The notes: generated by a model from the sequence alone, not told the origin. A stretch of 64,000 nucleotides of DNA from an uncultured Bacteroidota bacterium (GCA_963703215.1 OY969800.1:582007-646006); one strand, 5' to 3'. Counted from the stretch's first letter, positions 1-10,302 are shown. Numbers and translations: made by a program.

Positions 1-407
1 ACGCCGCGGTTTATTCTCTTGATCGCATCATCCAGATACTCGAGAAACTTTCTCTGCCTAGAGGCAAGAAGATAATTCTTCTCTTTCTCCATCGTGTCCG
101 TTCCCTGTTCCATATGAAGAGAATATGGAGAATTTTCTTCAAAGTAGTCACCGCCAGAATTGTCATTTAAAGTTTCATTCATAAGCTCGAGCTCTTCGAT
201 GATCTGCTTACGTTTCTCAAGAATAATCTCACGAAAATGCTCGAGATCTGTCTTGTTAAACCCTTTTGGAGAAGTAGTTTTCTTTGCAACGACTTTCGCA
301 GCAGCTTTTACCGCGTGACCCGCGACTTTTCTTTTCGACGCAACAGCCTTCTTGCTCGGTTTCGCCTTTACCGTCTTGGCTCCCTTAGCTGCTTTTTTCT
401 TTGCCAT
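1..407 (-). CDS. TraR/DksA-family regulator, N-terminal part only (the zinc-finger end lies beyond the window edge), with a Lys/Ala-rich N-terminal tail
   Basis: My own minus-strand translation from ATG 407 (GGAG at 414-417; alternative ATG at 413) gives MAKKKAAKGAKTVKAKPSKK...SPYSLHMEQGTDTMEKEKNYLLASRQRKFLEYLDDAIKRINRG. This is a DksA/TraR-like coiled-coil segment. The frame is open to position 1. Confidence 0.6.
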   Translation of the reverse strand, partial: MAKKKAAKGAKTVKAKPSKKAVASKRKVAGHAVKAAAKVVAKKTTSPKGFNKTDLEHFREIILEKRKQIIEELELMNETLNDNSGGDYFEENSPYSLHMEQGTDTMEKEKNYLLASRQRKFLEYLDDAIKRINRG

Positions 408-435
408 ACTCATCTCCTTGCTGTCTCGGTCACCA

Positions 436-3400
436 TTAGTGAGCCGCGACCTTTTTTACCCTGCTTAGTGAAATTTTAAACTTCATTTTTTCTATTTCAA
501 CGTCTCCGGAGTACTCACCATCATTGAAGCTTGTTAACAACTCGACGGCAAGCGTCTCCGACTTTATATAATCGGATAATTTTGTGACGGCATCAGTGAA
601 TTCAGCTGGACAGTTCATATTCACGGAAATCCTGTCCATCACATCGAATCCGGCATCTTTCCTGAGGTTCTGGATGCGATTCACAAATTCGCGAGCAATT
701 CCTTCGCGCTTCAGATCAACATCGAGTTCAGTGTCTAATACTACTGTTAAAGCCCCATCCGACTCGACGACCCACCCGGACAACTCCTGGCTGAATATTT
801 CGACATCATCGCGGAGAACATGGAACGCCTTACTATCGACTCGAAGATCAATCTCGCCGTTCTTCTCCAATGCTTTTATATCCTTCGAGGTCATCGACTT
901 TATGAGCTCCGCAACGACTTTGACATCCTTGCCGAACTTTGGACCGATGGATTTGAAATTAGGCTTCGCTCCCTTGTTAACAAATTCCGAATCGTCGTCA
1001 ACGTACATTATCGATTTGACGTTGATCTCTTCGAGTATAACGCTTTCGATACGTGCAATGGTCTCACGCACCAGCGGTGAAGACACAGGAATGATTATTC
1101 GTTTGAGCGGCTGCCTTACTTTGATATTAGATTTCACTCGCATTGCTCTTGCAAGATAGACTATTTTCTCTGCAAGTGCCATGCGTTCTTCGAGCTGAGA
1201 ATCGATTTCATCTTCATTCACAACAGGATAATGCGAAAGATGGATCGATTCGTGAGACTCAAGTTTTGTAATCCCATTCAAATTTCCATAAAGTTCTTCC
1301 GAAAGGAACGGCGCAAATGGCGACATCAGTTTCAGTACGGTAATCAAGCATTCGTATAAGGTCTGATAAGCTGAAAGTTTGTCCTTCGCCATTTCGCCTT
1401 TCCAGAATCTGCGGCGACTGCGACGAACGTACCAGTTTGAAAGTTGGTCGATAGTAAAATCGGAGACCGACCTCGCGGCTTTCATGACATCATAGCTGTC
1501 CATGGAGCTCGAATATTCTTTGACGAGCGTGTTCATCACAGAAATTATCCAGCGGTCAATTTCCAGTCGCTCGCCCGCTGGAATTCGCGGCTCGGAATAA
1601 TTGAAGCCATCTATGTTGGCGTAAAGTGTAAAGAATGCATAAGTATTTAGAAGAGTGCCGAAAAATTTTCTCTGAACTTCGACAATACCGCTTTCGTCGA
1701 AAAGTTTTGGTTTGTGCGGCGGACTTGAGACGCTCAGATACCAACGAACGGCATCCGCCCCATACTCCGCAACCACCTTGAACGGGTCGACGACATTGCC
1801 TTTCGATTTCGACATTTTCTGTCCGTCTTTGTCGAGGATAAGCTCGTGACTGATGACGGATTTGTAAGCCGGGCTGTTGAAGATGGATGTCGCGATCGCG
1901 TGCATCGAGTAGAACCAGCCGCGTGTTTGATCGATTCCTTCGGAGATGTAATCAGCGGGAAAATGATTCACAAACCATTCCTCGTTTTCAAAAGGATAAT
2001 GGTACTGCGCAAAAGGCATCGAGCCTGAATCGAACCAAACGTCAATGAGTTCTGGTGTTCGTTTCATTTCGCTTCCGCACTTTTCACAAGTCAGTACGAT
2101 CGCATCGACATAAGGTTTATGTAAATCCAGTTCGCCGTTTTTCAAACCTGTTGCGACTGCCAGATTGAATCGATCTGCATTCTTGAGTTCTTCCACACTT
2201 CCGATGGATCTCAGGTGTCCGCAATTTTCATTCTGGCAGATCCAAATATTCAGCGGTGTTCCCCAGAACCGGTCTCGCGACAGAGCCCAGTCTTTGTTTT
2301 CTTCGAGCCAGTTGCCGAACCTTCCTGTCCCCACTTCCGGCGGAACCCAGTTGATCTGCTTGTTCAGCTCAACCATCCTCGCAGCAAACTTGGTCGTCGC
2401 AATGTACCATGACGCTCGGGCGTAATACAATAGCGGCGTCTTACATCTCCAGCAATGCGGATAGCTGTGAGTTATCACCTCTTTCTTATAGAGAATGTTT
2501 CTTCTCTTGAGATTGTCAATGATCTCAGGGTCCGCCTCTTTCACAAATTTTCCCGCGAAGCTCGTCCCGCTTGCGGGATCAATTACATCTTTTGTAAAGT
2601 TTCCGCTTTTGTCAACGGGCTGTAAAACGGGGAGATCGTACTCTCGCCCAACATTGTAGTCGTCCTCACCGAACGCAGGTGCGATGTGGACGATGCCGGA
2701 GCCATCTTCGGTGCTGACGAAGTCGCCATGGATGACATAAAACGCCTTTTTGTTCACCGGACCAAAATCAAAAATCCTGTCATACTCTTTACCGAGAAGC
2801 TTGCTCCCTTTCATCTCTTCGAGAATCGAATAATCTCCGTCGAGAACGGACAGCCGCGCTCTCGCGAGAATCAGGTTCTCTCCTTTGTTCTCGACCTTCA
2901 CGTAGTCAACGTCTTTTCCGACGGCAAGTGCGACGTTCGAGATTAACGTCCATGGAGTAGTTGTCCAAACGAGGAAGAAAGCATTCTCGGAGTCGCGAAG
3001 TTTCATCTTCACATAGACGGAAGGATCCTTGACATCCTCGTATCCAAGTGCAACTTCGTGCGACGAAAGCGGGGTCTCGCACCGCGGGCAATACGGCTGG
3101 ATCTTATGTCCTTTATAAATCAGACCGGCGTCGAAAAATTTCTTCAACGCCCACCAGACCGATTCGATATACTCGTTGCGGCAGGTTATGTAGGCGTCGT
3201 CGAGATCAACCCAATAGCCTATTTGCTCGGTCATCTTTCTCCAGTCGTCCACGTATTGGAAGACAGACTCTTTACAAAGTGCATTGAACTTCTCGACGCC
3301 GTAATCGACTATCTCATCTTTGTGCTTGAAGCCAAGTTTTTTCTCGATTTCGATCTCAACCGGTAAGCCATGAGTATCCCAGCCGGCTTTTCGATGGACT

Positions 3401-3639
3401 TGAAAACCGCGCATCGTCTTATATCGGCAGACAAGGTCCTTCAGCGTCCTGGCAAGAACGTGATGAATTCCCGGTCGCCCGTTTGCAGTTGGCGGACCTT
3501 CATAGAACGTGAAGCCCGGTTTGCCATCACGTTCGCTGATACTCTTCTCGAAGATTTTGTTCTGCTTCCAGAATTCAAGGATCTCTCGTTCGAGGTCAGA
3601 GTATTTTATTTTGTCGCTGACTTCTTTGAACCTATTCAA
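436..3639 (-). CDS. ileS: isoleucine--tRNA ligase
   Basis: 1067-aa ORF with a class I aaRS HIGH-type motif (PTANGRPGIHHV), KMSKSKGN, and long editing and C-terminal domains. Confidence 0.97.
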   Translation of the reverse strand: MNRFKEVSDKIKYSDLEREILEFWKQNKIFEKSISERDGKPGFTFYEGPPTANGRPGIHHVLARTLKDLVCRYKTMRGFQVHRKAGWDTHGLPVEIEIEKKLGFKHKDEIVDYGVEKFNALCKESVFQYVDDWRKMTEQIGYWVDLDDAYITCRNEYIESVWWALKKFFDAGLIYKGHKIQPYCPRCETPLSSHEVALGYEDVKDPSVYVKMKLRDSENAFFLVWTTTPWTLISNVALAVGKDVDYVKVENKGENLILARARLSVLDGDYSILEEMKGSKLLGKEYDRIFDFGPVNKKAFYVIHGDFVSTEDGSGIVHIAPAFGEDDYNVGREYDLPVLQPVDKSGNFTKDVIDPASGTSFAGKFVKEADPEIIDNLKRRNILYKKEVITHSYPHCWRCKTPLLYYARASWYIATTKFAARMVELNKQINWVPPEVGTGRFGNWLEENKDWALSRDRFWGTPLNIWICQNENCGHLRSIGSVEELKNADRFNLAVATGLKNGELDLHKPYVDAIVLTCEKCGSEMKRTPELIDVWFDSGSMPFAQYHYPFENEEWFVNHFPADYISEGIDQTRGWFYSMHAIATSIFNSPAYKSVISHELILDKDGQKMSKSKGNVVDPFKVVAEYGADAVRWYLSVSSPPHKPKLFDESGIVEVQRKFFGTLLNTYAFFTLYANIDGFNYSEPRIPAGERLEIDRWIISVMNTLVKEYSSSMDSYDVMKAARSVSDFTIDQLSNWYVRRSRRRFWKGEMAKDKLSAYQTLYECLITVLKLMSPFAPFLSEELYGNLNGITKLESHESIHLSHYPVVNEDEIDSQLEERMALAEKIVYLARAMRVKSNIKVRQPLKRIIIPVSSPLVRETIARIESVILEEINVKSIMYVDDDSEFVNKGAKPNFKSIGPKFGKDVKVVAELIKSMTSKDIKALEKNGEIDLRVDSKAFHVLRDDVEIFSQELSGWVVESDGALTVVLDTELDVDLKREGIAREFVNRIQNLRKDAGFDVMDRISVNMNCPAEFTDAVTKLSDYIKSETLAVELLTSFNDGEYSGDVEIEKMKFKISLSRVKKVAAH

Positions 3640-3644
3640 TCGTT

Positions 3645-3875
3645 TTATCTCTTAGAAAAATATGAAATCAAATAAAAAACAAACGATAACACCAAACTCA
3701 AAACAATGCTCGTGACGATCGGGAAATAAAACTGGAAATTCTTTTTCCTTATATAAATGTCGCCTGGTAATCTTCCCAAGACGGGAAAATTAAACTTCTC
3801 TGTTACGATAAGAAGAAGACCGGCAGCGACAATTACTCCTCCGATAACGACTAGTGTTTTTCCAAGGCTGCTCAT
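3645..3875 (-). CDS. DUF2905-family small membrane protein
   Basis: 76 aa with two hydrophobic segments flanking a GRLPGDIYI motif. Confidence 0.7.
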   Translation of the reverse strand: MSSLGKTLVVIGGVIVAAGLLLIVTEKFNFPVLGRLPGDIYIRKKNFQFYFPIVTSIVLSLVLSFVFYLISYFSKR

Positions 3876-3878
3876 AGT

Positions 3879-4064
3879 TCATGGCTTCGGAATTTCCAGA
3901 TCTTTACAAATCTTTTCTGCCAGGTATTCAATTATTTCCTTATGTCGTGGAACAGTGGAAGTCTTCTTAGTCATTCGATTTACATAAACCGTGTGCTTGC
4001 CACCTTCCCGCAAAAACTCGCAACCATGTTTCTCCAGATGGCGGATCAAATCGGCCCTTTTCAA
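3879..4064 (-). CDS. hicA: type II toxin HicA (YcfA-like mRNA interferase)
   Basis: 61 aa: MKRADLIRHLEKHGCEFLREGGKHTVY...VPRHKEI. It lies 2 nt downstream of the hicB-like ORF. Confidence 0.8.
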   Translation of the reverse strand: MKRADLIRHLEKHGCEFLREGGKHTVYVNRMTKKTSTVPRHKEIIEYLAEKICKDLEIPKP

Positions 4065-4066
4065 TT

Positions 4067-4282
4067 TTAGCCGGCCAATTTCAATTTTTCCTTGATTACC
4101 TCTTTGCCAACAATCGCCTCTTCTGCAAGTTCTCTATTTGCTTGGAGCACCAATTCAACAGCTTCCGCGAGATTTACACGAGCTTCTTCTAATGTCGTTC
4201 CTTGAGTATTTGCTCCAGGCAACTCTTCGACAAATCCGACGTATCCTTCAGGAAATTTTTGGAATACCGCGGTCAACGTCAT
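4067..4282 (-). CDS. hicB: type II antitoxin HicB (UPF0150 family)
   Basis: 71 aa containing EGYVGFVEELPGANTQGTTLEEARVNLAEAVELVL, paired with hicA. Confidence 0.75.
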   Translation of the reverse strand: MTLTAVFQKFPEGYVGFVEELPGANTQGTTLEEARVNLAEAVELVLQANRELAEEAIVGKEVIKEKLKLAG

Positions 4283-4335
4283 CTTAAACCTCCCTCGTCA
4301 AAACACATTGCTCAATTTTCATCATTCCGATTAGA

Positions 4336-5169
4336 TCAAATACTCTCGACAACCGTCTTCATCAACTTTGTCAACTTCGGCTCGGTTTCTTTCGCAACAC
4401 GGATAATTTCGTTCACATCCGCAGGTACGAGCGAATCCGGAAAACATTCATCGGTTATAACTGAAAAACCACAGACTCTCATCCCCATATGAATTGCGAC
4501 GATGTCCTCCGGCACTGTCGACATCCCAACTGCATCGGCGCCGATCTGTCGAAGGAACCTATACTCCGCCCGCGTCTCCAAACTTGGTCCCGTCATCGCC
4601 GCAAAGACTCCACGTTCGACCCTAATTTTATTATCGAGAGCAGCCTGCATTGCAATCTTTATCAGATCTCCTGAATACGGCTCGCTCATATCGGGAAAAC
4701 GTGGACCAATTGATTCATCGTTCGGGCCGATAAGTGGATTCTGACCGAGCAAATTTATATGATCCACGATTATCATAACGTCGCCTTTGCGGAAATTTGG
4801 ATTGAGTCCGCCAGCGGCATTGGAAACGATCAAGGTCTTTGTACCGAGAAACTTCATCACCCGCACGGGAAGAGTTATCTCCTCCATCGAATAGCCTTCG
4901 TAGAAATGGAAGCGGCCTTGCATCGCAACAACGTTCTTTCCACCGAGCTTTCCAAAAATCAATTTCCCGTGATGCGACTCGACGGTCGAAAGACGGAAAT
5001 GCGGGATATCTCCATAATCGATCGTCGTTTTCTTCTTGATCTCGTCCGCGAGTGCACCAAGCCCCGTGCCCAGAATTATCCCGATCGACGGCTGGTCCTT
5101 TACTTGTTTCTTGATGAAGTCAATCGACTCCATAATCTTCTTCTTTAGTTCGCTAACATTCTCAACCAT
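4336..5169 (-). CDS. purine nucleoside phosphorylase (inosine/guanosine type)
   Basis: PNP family motifs are present ([33 protein letters not shown]). I prefer the ATG at 5169, preceded by AGGGGA, over the TTG at 5202 given in the ORF track. Confidence 0.85.
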   Translation of the reverse strand: MVENVSELKKKIMESIDFIKKQVKDQPSIGIILGTGLGALADEIKKKTTIDYGDIPHFRLSTVESHHGKLIFGKLGGKNVVAMQGRFHFYEGYSMEEITLPVRVMKFLGTKTLIVSNAAGGLNPNFRKGDVMIIVDHINLLGQNPLIGPNDESIGPRFPDMSEPYSGDLIKIAMQAALDNKIRVERGVFAAMTGPSLETRAEYRFLRQIGADAVGMSTVPEDIVAIHMGMRVCGFSVITDECFPDSLVPADVNEIIRVAKETEPKLTKLMKTVVESI

Positions 5170-5696
5170 TGTTTTCCCCTGACCTCTCGATTGAAGCAAC
5201 AATTGATTTGAATATCTAAAATCTCTGTGGTCGGTTCCTGTTTCAAAAGTTCGCTCTCGAGAGAGTTAAGCATATCGAGCTGCGCAGTAAGAATCGTCCG
5301 AATCGTTTTTACCATTGTCTCTCTGAGATTTTTTACCTCAGCAAGTTTCGATTTTGCCCGTACCATTTCCTGAGTTGCTTCGTTCAAAATCTGCTGCGCT
5401 TTGACCTCCGCTTCGTGCTCGACAATCTTTGAAGTTCTCCTCAACGACTCGCTGGATTCCGACGCCGCTCTCTCCGCCTGAGTTACGAGAGAACGAAGCG
5501 AATCTTCCATTTTCTTATAATTTTGGAGTTCGTCTGTCAGAACCGTCTTCTGAACGCGGAGCTCCATATTTTCTTTGAGCAATTCCTCGAAGTCGGAAGC
5601 GACGGTGGTAAGAAAAGCCTCAACTTCTTCGGGATCGAATCCGCGCATCTTCTTGGCGAATTCCTGCTTTCGAATTTGAATGGGGGTAAGTCTCAT
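5145..5696 (-). CDS. DivIVA-domain protein
   Basis: The N-terminus is [27 protein letters not shown], followed by coiled coil. The last ~25 codons overlap the PNP start region. Confidence 0.8.
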   Translation of the reverse strand: MRLTPIQIRKQEFAKKMRGFDPEEVEAFLTTVASDFEELLKENMELRVQKTVLTDELQNYKKMEDSLRSLVTQAERAASESSESLRRTSKIVEHEAEVKAQQILNEATQEMVRAKSKLAEVKNLRETMVKTIRTILTAQLDMLNSLESELLKQEPTTEILDIQINCCFNREVRGKQWLRMLAN

Positions 5697-5809
5697 AACT
5701 CTGCGTTTTCCATTTCTAAGGCAAAAATATAACCCTTAGGTGGAGGAAAATCAAAGTATGAGCGCAACGACGGTGGGACAGTGACGATTGGCAAAGTGCC
5801 GAGATGTCA

Positions 5810-5935
5810 TCAGACTTTACGATGGAACTCTTTTCGCCTCAAGATTCTTTTCCGTTCTGCAACCGAATCAAGCTGACGAAACCGGCAGACATAGAATTTG
5901 GTGATCTTCACGGAGTTGGTCACAAAGGTTTTCAT
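5810..5935 (-). CDS. hypothetical 41-aa basic peptide
   Basis: My own translation is MKTFVTNSVKITKFYVCRFRQLDSVAERKRILRRKEFHRKV. It is the only ORF in the 263-nt spacer, and I recognise no homology. Confidence 0.15.
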   Translation of the reverse strand: MKTFVTNSVKITKFYVCRFRQLDSVAERKRILRRKEFHRKV

Positions 5936-5959
5936 GCGTTCCCAAAAAACATTGGCAAA

Positions 5960-8900
5960 TTATTCCCACTCACAAAGCTTCCCCACATACTCCGCCGATC
6001 CATCTCTCAACCACCCGTCCATCTGCGCCAGCTCCTTCAGTTGCTGACCGCGTTCCCGCGGAACCACGATGTATGCGCAGTTCAACTCTGGTAGAATCGT
6101 CATGTCCCCCCATAGCTTCTCGTACTGAAGTGTCGGAAAAACATCTTCCTGTCCTTTGCCCCAACGTTTCTTCACATTTTTTAGGGTGATGTATGTCGGC
6201 ATCTGCAACGCGAGCGAACGGACCGCACCCTTGACTTTTTCTTGATCATCAATAGTTTTACGATCAAGTCCGAATATAGTTAACATCTGGTCAATGTCAA
6301 TCCAATATGTGGCGGAATTATAATAAGAGAGAGCAAATTCATCCTCTTCGCGAGGCATCGCAAGTCCTTCAATCAGTCGAAGGCGTCCGTTTGCCTTCGC
6401 TAACCCACCTCCACGGTCCTCAAGCCGCCTTGTGATGACTTCGACGGACATCCCTGCTTTGCTTTCGATATGTCTTCCTAAAATGCCCGCATCGATGTTT
6501 GCACCCATCGTATCGATATTATGAACCATGATGTACTTCAGTTTTGGCTGCTTGCAGATAATTTTGGAAAGAATCCCATTGCGGACCAGATTTGGAATCT
6601 CATACCAATGTCCTACCGGATTGAGGCACTGGAGCGGCACGTTGTCCGTATAATCGCTCGCTTCGCCGGTTCGTTTGGCCCAATCCATCAACGATGTATG
6701 CAAGCTTTCGAGAACTTTCTGCGCTTGCTCGTCGAGCAACTGCTGCGGCATCTCCATCCATGCGAACCGAAGATCGCGCACCGTAGGTACCAACCGCAGC
6801 CCAACATTACTTCCTGGCGACAGGTAGGCGTTCTCGGCGTATCCATAATATTTCTCCCTTTCAAGACATTGTTTAATTGCATCATGGGTCATGTAGCCCG
6901 TCGATATCACGTGGGGAATTGCTATTCCGAAGTCCTTCATCGACTTTTTGCTCTTTGCAATGTGGGTCTCGATAAAAGATCGATGGTCACCGGCAATTTT
7001 GCAGAAAGGATTAAGCGCCTTGACTGTGCCTGCACCCTTCGTCCATCGGCTCCCTGCACCCGCGGCAAGAGTCAAAACGGCAACCATACCAGATGCAATG
7101 GCATCGGAGCCCACTTTACGATATTGAGACATCAATTCTCTTGTGCTGTTAAACACATCGTCTTCATTAACGTCCACGATGGTCGTGTTGACCGGCAGCC
7201 GGTTCTGAGAAATCCCGATGCGTCCAATGCGCAGATCCGCTTTTATTTGCTCGTGCTGAACCCGATCGAATCCATGCTCCTTCAGAAGATCATCCAGCGC
7301 CTGACTCTTTGAGAACTGCGCGTTTCCTTCGGGCAGGATATGGTCAAGAATCTGCTGCAGCGTACCGTTGAGAGCGGGATTAGTTCGCGACACCGACGAG
7401 AAGTGTTCCAGCTCGATTCGTTGATCCGCTGTGATTTCCGTTGGGTACTTGCGCAGCAGAGGCGGAACCATCAGCGTATAATAACGCCGAGGCATCACAG
7501 TGTTTTCACCGGTCAAGATTTCCGCAGATGAGCCATCTTCATTGATTGCAAAATCATAAATTACCGGTTCCATGGCGAATGGGATCCCATGCTCGAGACG
7601 TTTTTTCTGCTCGCTCATTATTTTCTGCAACCGCAGTCCAGCTTCGTGTTTCCGCTTCGGGTCGAAGAAAAATCCCATACCGCCACCCGACATTCCACCA
7701 AGCATTAGGAAGCCCCAAAAGTCCTTGCCAAATTCCAATTGAACTCGCTTGATTATCGATTCGGTGTAGAGATTCGTGGCCCACGGGATAATCGACTGAA
7801 TCGGCCCGAAGAAATTGGCATTCGTGGAATTACCAATCGATTGAACGTCTCCTTGCTTTAACTGTACCACGATCTGATCGAAAAGTGAGTGCGCCTGCTT
7901 GCGAGCATCCCATTCGACTTTCGAGCGAAGAAGATACCTCTCCGTCACCATTTCCAGAATCGGGCCGACATCCTGTGCCATGCCACCGTGAACTAAAACC
8001 AGACTCTTTTGAAGCTCCTCACGAGTACGCTGTGAAACGTCATCTTGATCTAAAACTGTGTGTCGCGGCAAGAGACAACCACGGCTTATGCCAAACTCCA
8101 TATCATCCTTACCGTTAAGCACTCCCTGTATCAGTTTGATGCCAGGCCAGACGCCTCCGGAATCCTGCCATCCACCGCCCGATCCACCAAGCCATTCACC
8201 TAAAATTGCACGCGCCGCAACGGTGCGGCGTTCCATCTCCGTCAGTGATCCGGTGAGCGAAGATGTTTGCCCCGTCGCCCTCATGCAGGCAGCGACCATG
8301 GAGCCGAGTAGCGTCGTCGAAACCGCGAGCCGCGAACCCTTGGGGATTTCGTTTACCTGACTGACGATTTCGATTCCCAGTCCCGATCCCGCAATTCTCG
8401 AAAGAAGATCGGAGAACGGCTGCCCCAAACCCTCCATTCCTGGAGGAACAATTCCAGACGCGATTACCGCAGCTTTCAACAATCCAAGATAGTCCGCGGC
8501 AAAATCGAAAAGCTGTGCGAAAGAGGAAATCTCTGTGACTGCTCCAAGATCCGTGCTGACAAGGCGAATTACCGGAGTATCGATGATTCTGAAGAAAACT
8601 TCCACAGGCGGTTGTGGAGTTCTGCTTCCTGACTGATCCTGCACGACGAGATCGATAGAAATATTAACGACTCTTGCGCCTTCAGGATAGTCCATTCCCA
8701 AAAAGAAAATGTCGCTCCAACCGCTGTGAGATAAATCCATCCGCACTGGGGTCTCTTCATGAAGAATTGGATAGAGACCATTCACTTTTTGGAGCAAAGT
8801 GGGGATGACGTGCAGCGGATGACCGGAGATATGCCCGGCTCGAAACATCCACTGGTTCCCGCGGACAGATCGGACACTTGCTCGCACTTGATTTGCGAGA

Positions 8901-9280
8901 GTCTGAAAACCCAAACTTCTGTATGAGACTGCAAGCGCACTCGAAATTCCATCCTGGCACCCGCTCTTTTCCTGGACATGAAGAAAACGCTGAATGGCTT
9001 CCTCAAAGCGGCGATTCAAAAGATCTTCATATCCGTGAAATGGAATGAGTCCGCGAGTGATGATACCTTTCTTCGTCGGGATGTGAAATCTATGGATTGC
9101 ATATAGAAAGAAAAGAGACCGTACCTGCTCGTAGAGATTAGTGCTCGAATGACGGAACCCCTCGAGTGCAGAACATTCATCGAGAAGCTGTTCAAGCGAC
9201 GCCGACTGACAAAATGCATCGAGCGACTGATCGCGAATTCCTGGATCCTTGCTCGTAATCAGATTGACGAGCTTGCTCAT
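5960..9280 (-). CDS. fusion protein: unassigned N-terminal region, GHMP/fucokinase-like domain, and UDPGP-type sugar-1-phosphate nucleotidyltransferase domain
   Basis: 1106 aa. Motifs: IPKGSRLAVSTTLLGS, GGSGGGWQDSGG and LGGMSGGGMGFFF (GHMP-like); LTLAAGAGSRWTKG and NIDTMGANID (UDPGP-like). Confidence 0.6.
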   Translation of the reverse strand: MSKLVNLITSKDPGIRDQSLDAFCQSASLEQLLDECSALEGFRHSSTNLYEQVRSLFFLYAIHRFHIPTKKGIITRGLIPFHGYEDLLNRRFEEAIQRFLHVQEKSGCQDGISSALAVSYRSLGFQTLANQVRASVRSVRGNQWMFRAGHISGHPLHVIPTLLQKVNGLYPILHEETPVRMDLSHSGWSDIFFLGMDYPEGARVVNISIDLVVQDQSGSRTPQPPVEVFFRIIDTPVIRLVSTDLGAVTEISSFAQLFDFAADYLGLLKAAVIASGIVPPGMEGLGQPFSDLLSRIAGSGLGIEIVSQVNEIPKGSRLAVSTTLLGSMVAACMRATGQTSSLTGSLTEMERRTVAARAILGEWLGGSGGGWQDSGGVWPGIKLIQGVLNGKDDMEFGISRGCLLPRHTVLDQDDVSQRTREELQKSLVLVHGGMAQDVGPILEMVTERYLLRSKVEWDARKQAHSLFDQIVVQLKQGDVQSIGNSTNANFFGPIQSIIPWATNLYTESIIKRVQLEFGKDFWGFLMLGGMSGGGMGFFFDPKRKHEAGLRLQKIMSEQKKRLEHGIPFAMEPVIYDFAINEDGSSAEILTGENTVMPRRYYTLMVPPLLRKYPTEITADQRIELEHFSSVSRTNPALNGTLQQILDHILPEGNAQFSKSQALDDLLKEHGFDRVQHEQIKADLRIGRIGISQNRLPVNTTIVDVNEDDVFNSTRELMSQYRKVGSDAIASGMVAVLTLAAGAGSRWTKGAGTVKALNPFCKIAGDHRSFIETHIAKSKKSMKDFGIAIPHVISTGYMTHDAIKQCLEREKYYGYAENAYLSPGSNVGLRLVPTVRDLRFAWMEMPQQLLDEQAQKVLESLHTSLMDWAKRTGEASDYTDNVPLQCLNPVGHWYEIPNLVRNGILSKIICKQPKLKYIMVHNIDTMGANIDAGILGRHIESKAGMSVEVITRRLEDRGGGLAKANGRLRLIEGLAMPREEDEFALSYYNSATYWIDIDQMLTIFGLDRKTIDDQEKVKGAVRSLALQMPTYITLKNVKKRWGKGQEDVFPTLQYEKLWGDMTILPELNCAYIVVPRERGQQLKELAQMDGWLRDGSAEYVGKLCEWE

Positions 9281-10152
9281 TCCCTGTTCCTTTCAACGTC
9301 GCTGGATTCTCGAAGCAGCATCATTTCCATTAACATGGCTATCACATCGTCGCGATCTTTTCCGCTCATCGCAAGAGCAAGCTGTGCGTTGAACAAGCCA
9401 TACTTGACTCCGATGTTGTAACGCTGGTCGTTCATTTCCAAAGCCAAATATTTTTCTTTCTTGGAAAGCTGGTGCAGCGCACCCGATATTGTTGTGAGCC
9501 TGCCTTCTTTCGAATCGTGAAGATGTCGATCAAGAATCTCCATAACGATGGGGGTCAAGACATGAATTCCAAAGAAGCAGAGGTAATAACCAGCTCGCAG
9601 ACCCGGCACGAGAAGTTTTTGTTCAGCTTCGGTTGGGGTAGGTTTCTCAATGACGGTTTCAATCGAGTAAATATCGTTTCTTCCTAAAATCCTTTTACCA
9701 CCGATAGCACCGAAGTTGCTAAGAAGTCCTTCACGAGTTGCCTGTACTGCCGATACGGAACATGATTCTGCCTCAGCAGTTTTCACAACTCGATGAGCGC
9801 AGCCCTCCTGCATCCTGCTGACATACAGATGGTCTCCGATGAGATGGAGGAACGGTTCACCTTTCGTGAAATCCTTCGCACACCAGACGGCATGGCCGTA
9901 TCCGCGAGGCTCATCCTGGTACACGAACGTTATCCGACCGGCGTGGTCGCCAGCAACAGATCGGTAAGCGGCCTCGTCGTGGGAATGAATGACAATGCAA
10001 ATCTCTTCGACCCCCGATTGTGCGACTTCATTTATAATTATACTGAGCACAGATTTTTGCTGACCATCACGGTCAATCAAAGTTTGAAGCGGCAGATTCC
10101 TTTGTCCCTTGCCCGCCGCGGTGATAACTGCTTTAGTAATTTTCATGATCAT
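9277..10152 (-). CDS. GalU-type sugar-1-phosphate nucleotidyltransferase (UTP--glucose-1-phosphate uridylyltransferase-like)
   Basis: 291 aa with KAVITAAGKGQRNLP and YQDEPRGYGHAV. There is a 4-nt overlap with the downstream fusion gene. Confidence 0.75.
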   Translation of the reverse strand: MIMKITKAVITAAGKGQRNLPLQTLIDRDGQQKSVLSIIINEVAQSGVEEICIVIHSHDEAAYRSVAGDHAGRITFVYQDEPRGYGHAVWCAKDFTKGEPFLHLIGDHLYVSRMQEGCAHRVVKTAEAESCSVSAVQATREGLLSNFGAIGGKRILGRNDIYSIETVIEKPTPTEAEQKLLVPGLRAGYYLCFFGIHVLTPIVMEILDRHLHDSKEGRLTTISGALHQLSKKEKYLALEMNDQRYNIGVKYGLFNAQLALAMSGKDRDDVIAMLMEMMLLRESSDVERNRE

Positions 10153-10302
10153 TCCTTAACTCAACAGCCTGTTTTTCAAAACCTTCTAATCATTTTGTCG
10201 CCAATGAAATGCATTTAAATTTGCCTCCTCTCCACCAACAAATCAACCTTTCACGCCTAAGAAAATTCCACCTGAAGCTTGTTAGCGGACCGCTAATCCC
10301 TT

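Noticed and set aside
584-3675. Multiple plus-strand ORFs of 60-190 aa inside ileS (for example 584-1159, 3058-3366 and 3370-3675).
   Set aside because: They are antisense shadows of a 1067-aa conserved gene. Their translations are low-complexity Ser/Arg-rich and I recognise no motifs.
6521-7312. 263-aa plus-strand ORF.
   Set aside because: It lies entirely antisense to the 1106-aa fusion gene and shows no recognisable motif. Long antisense ORFs are expected opposite long genes.
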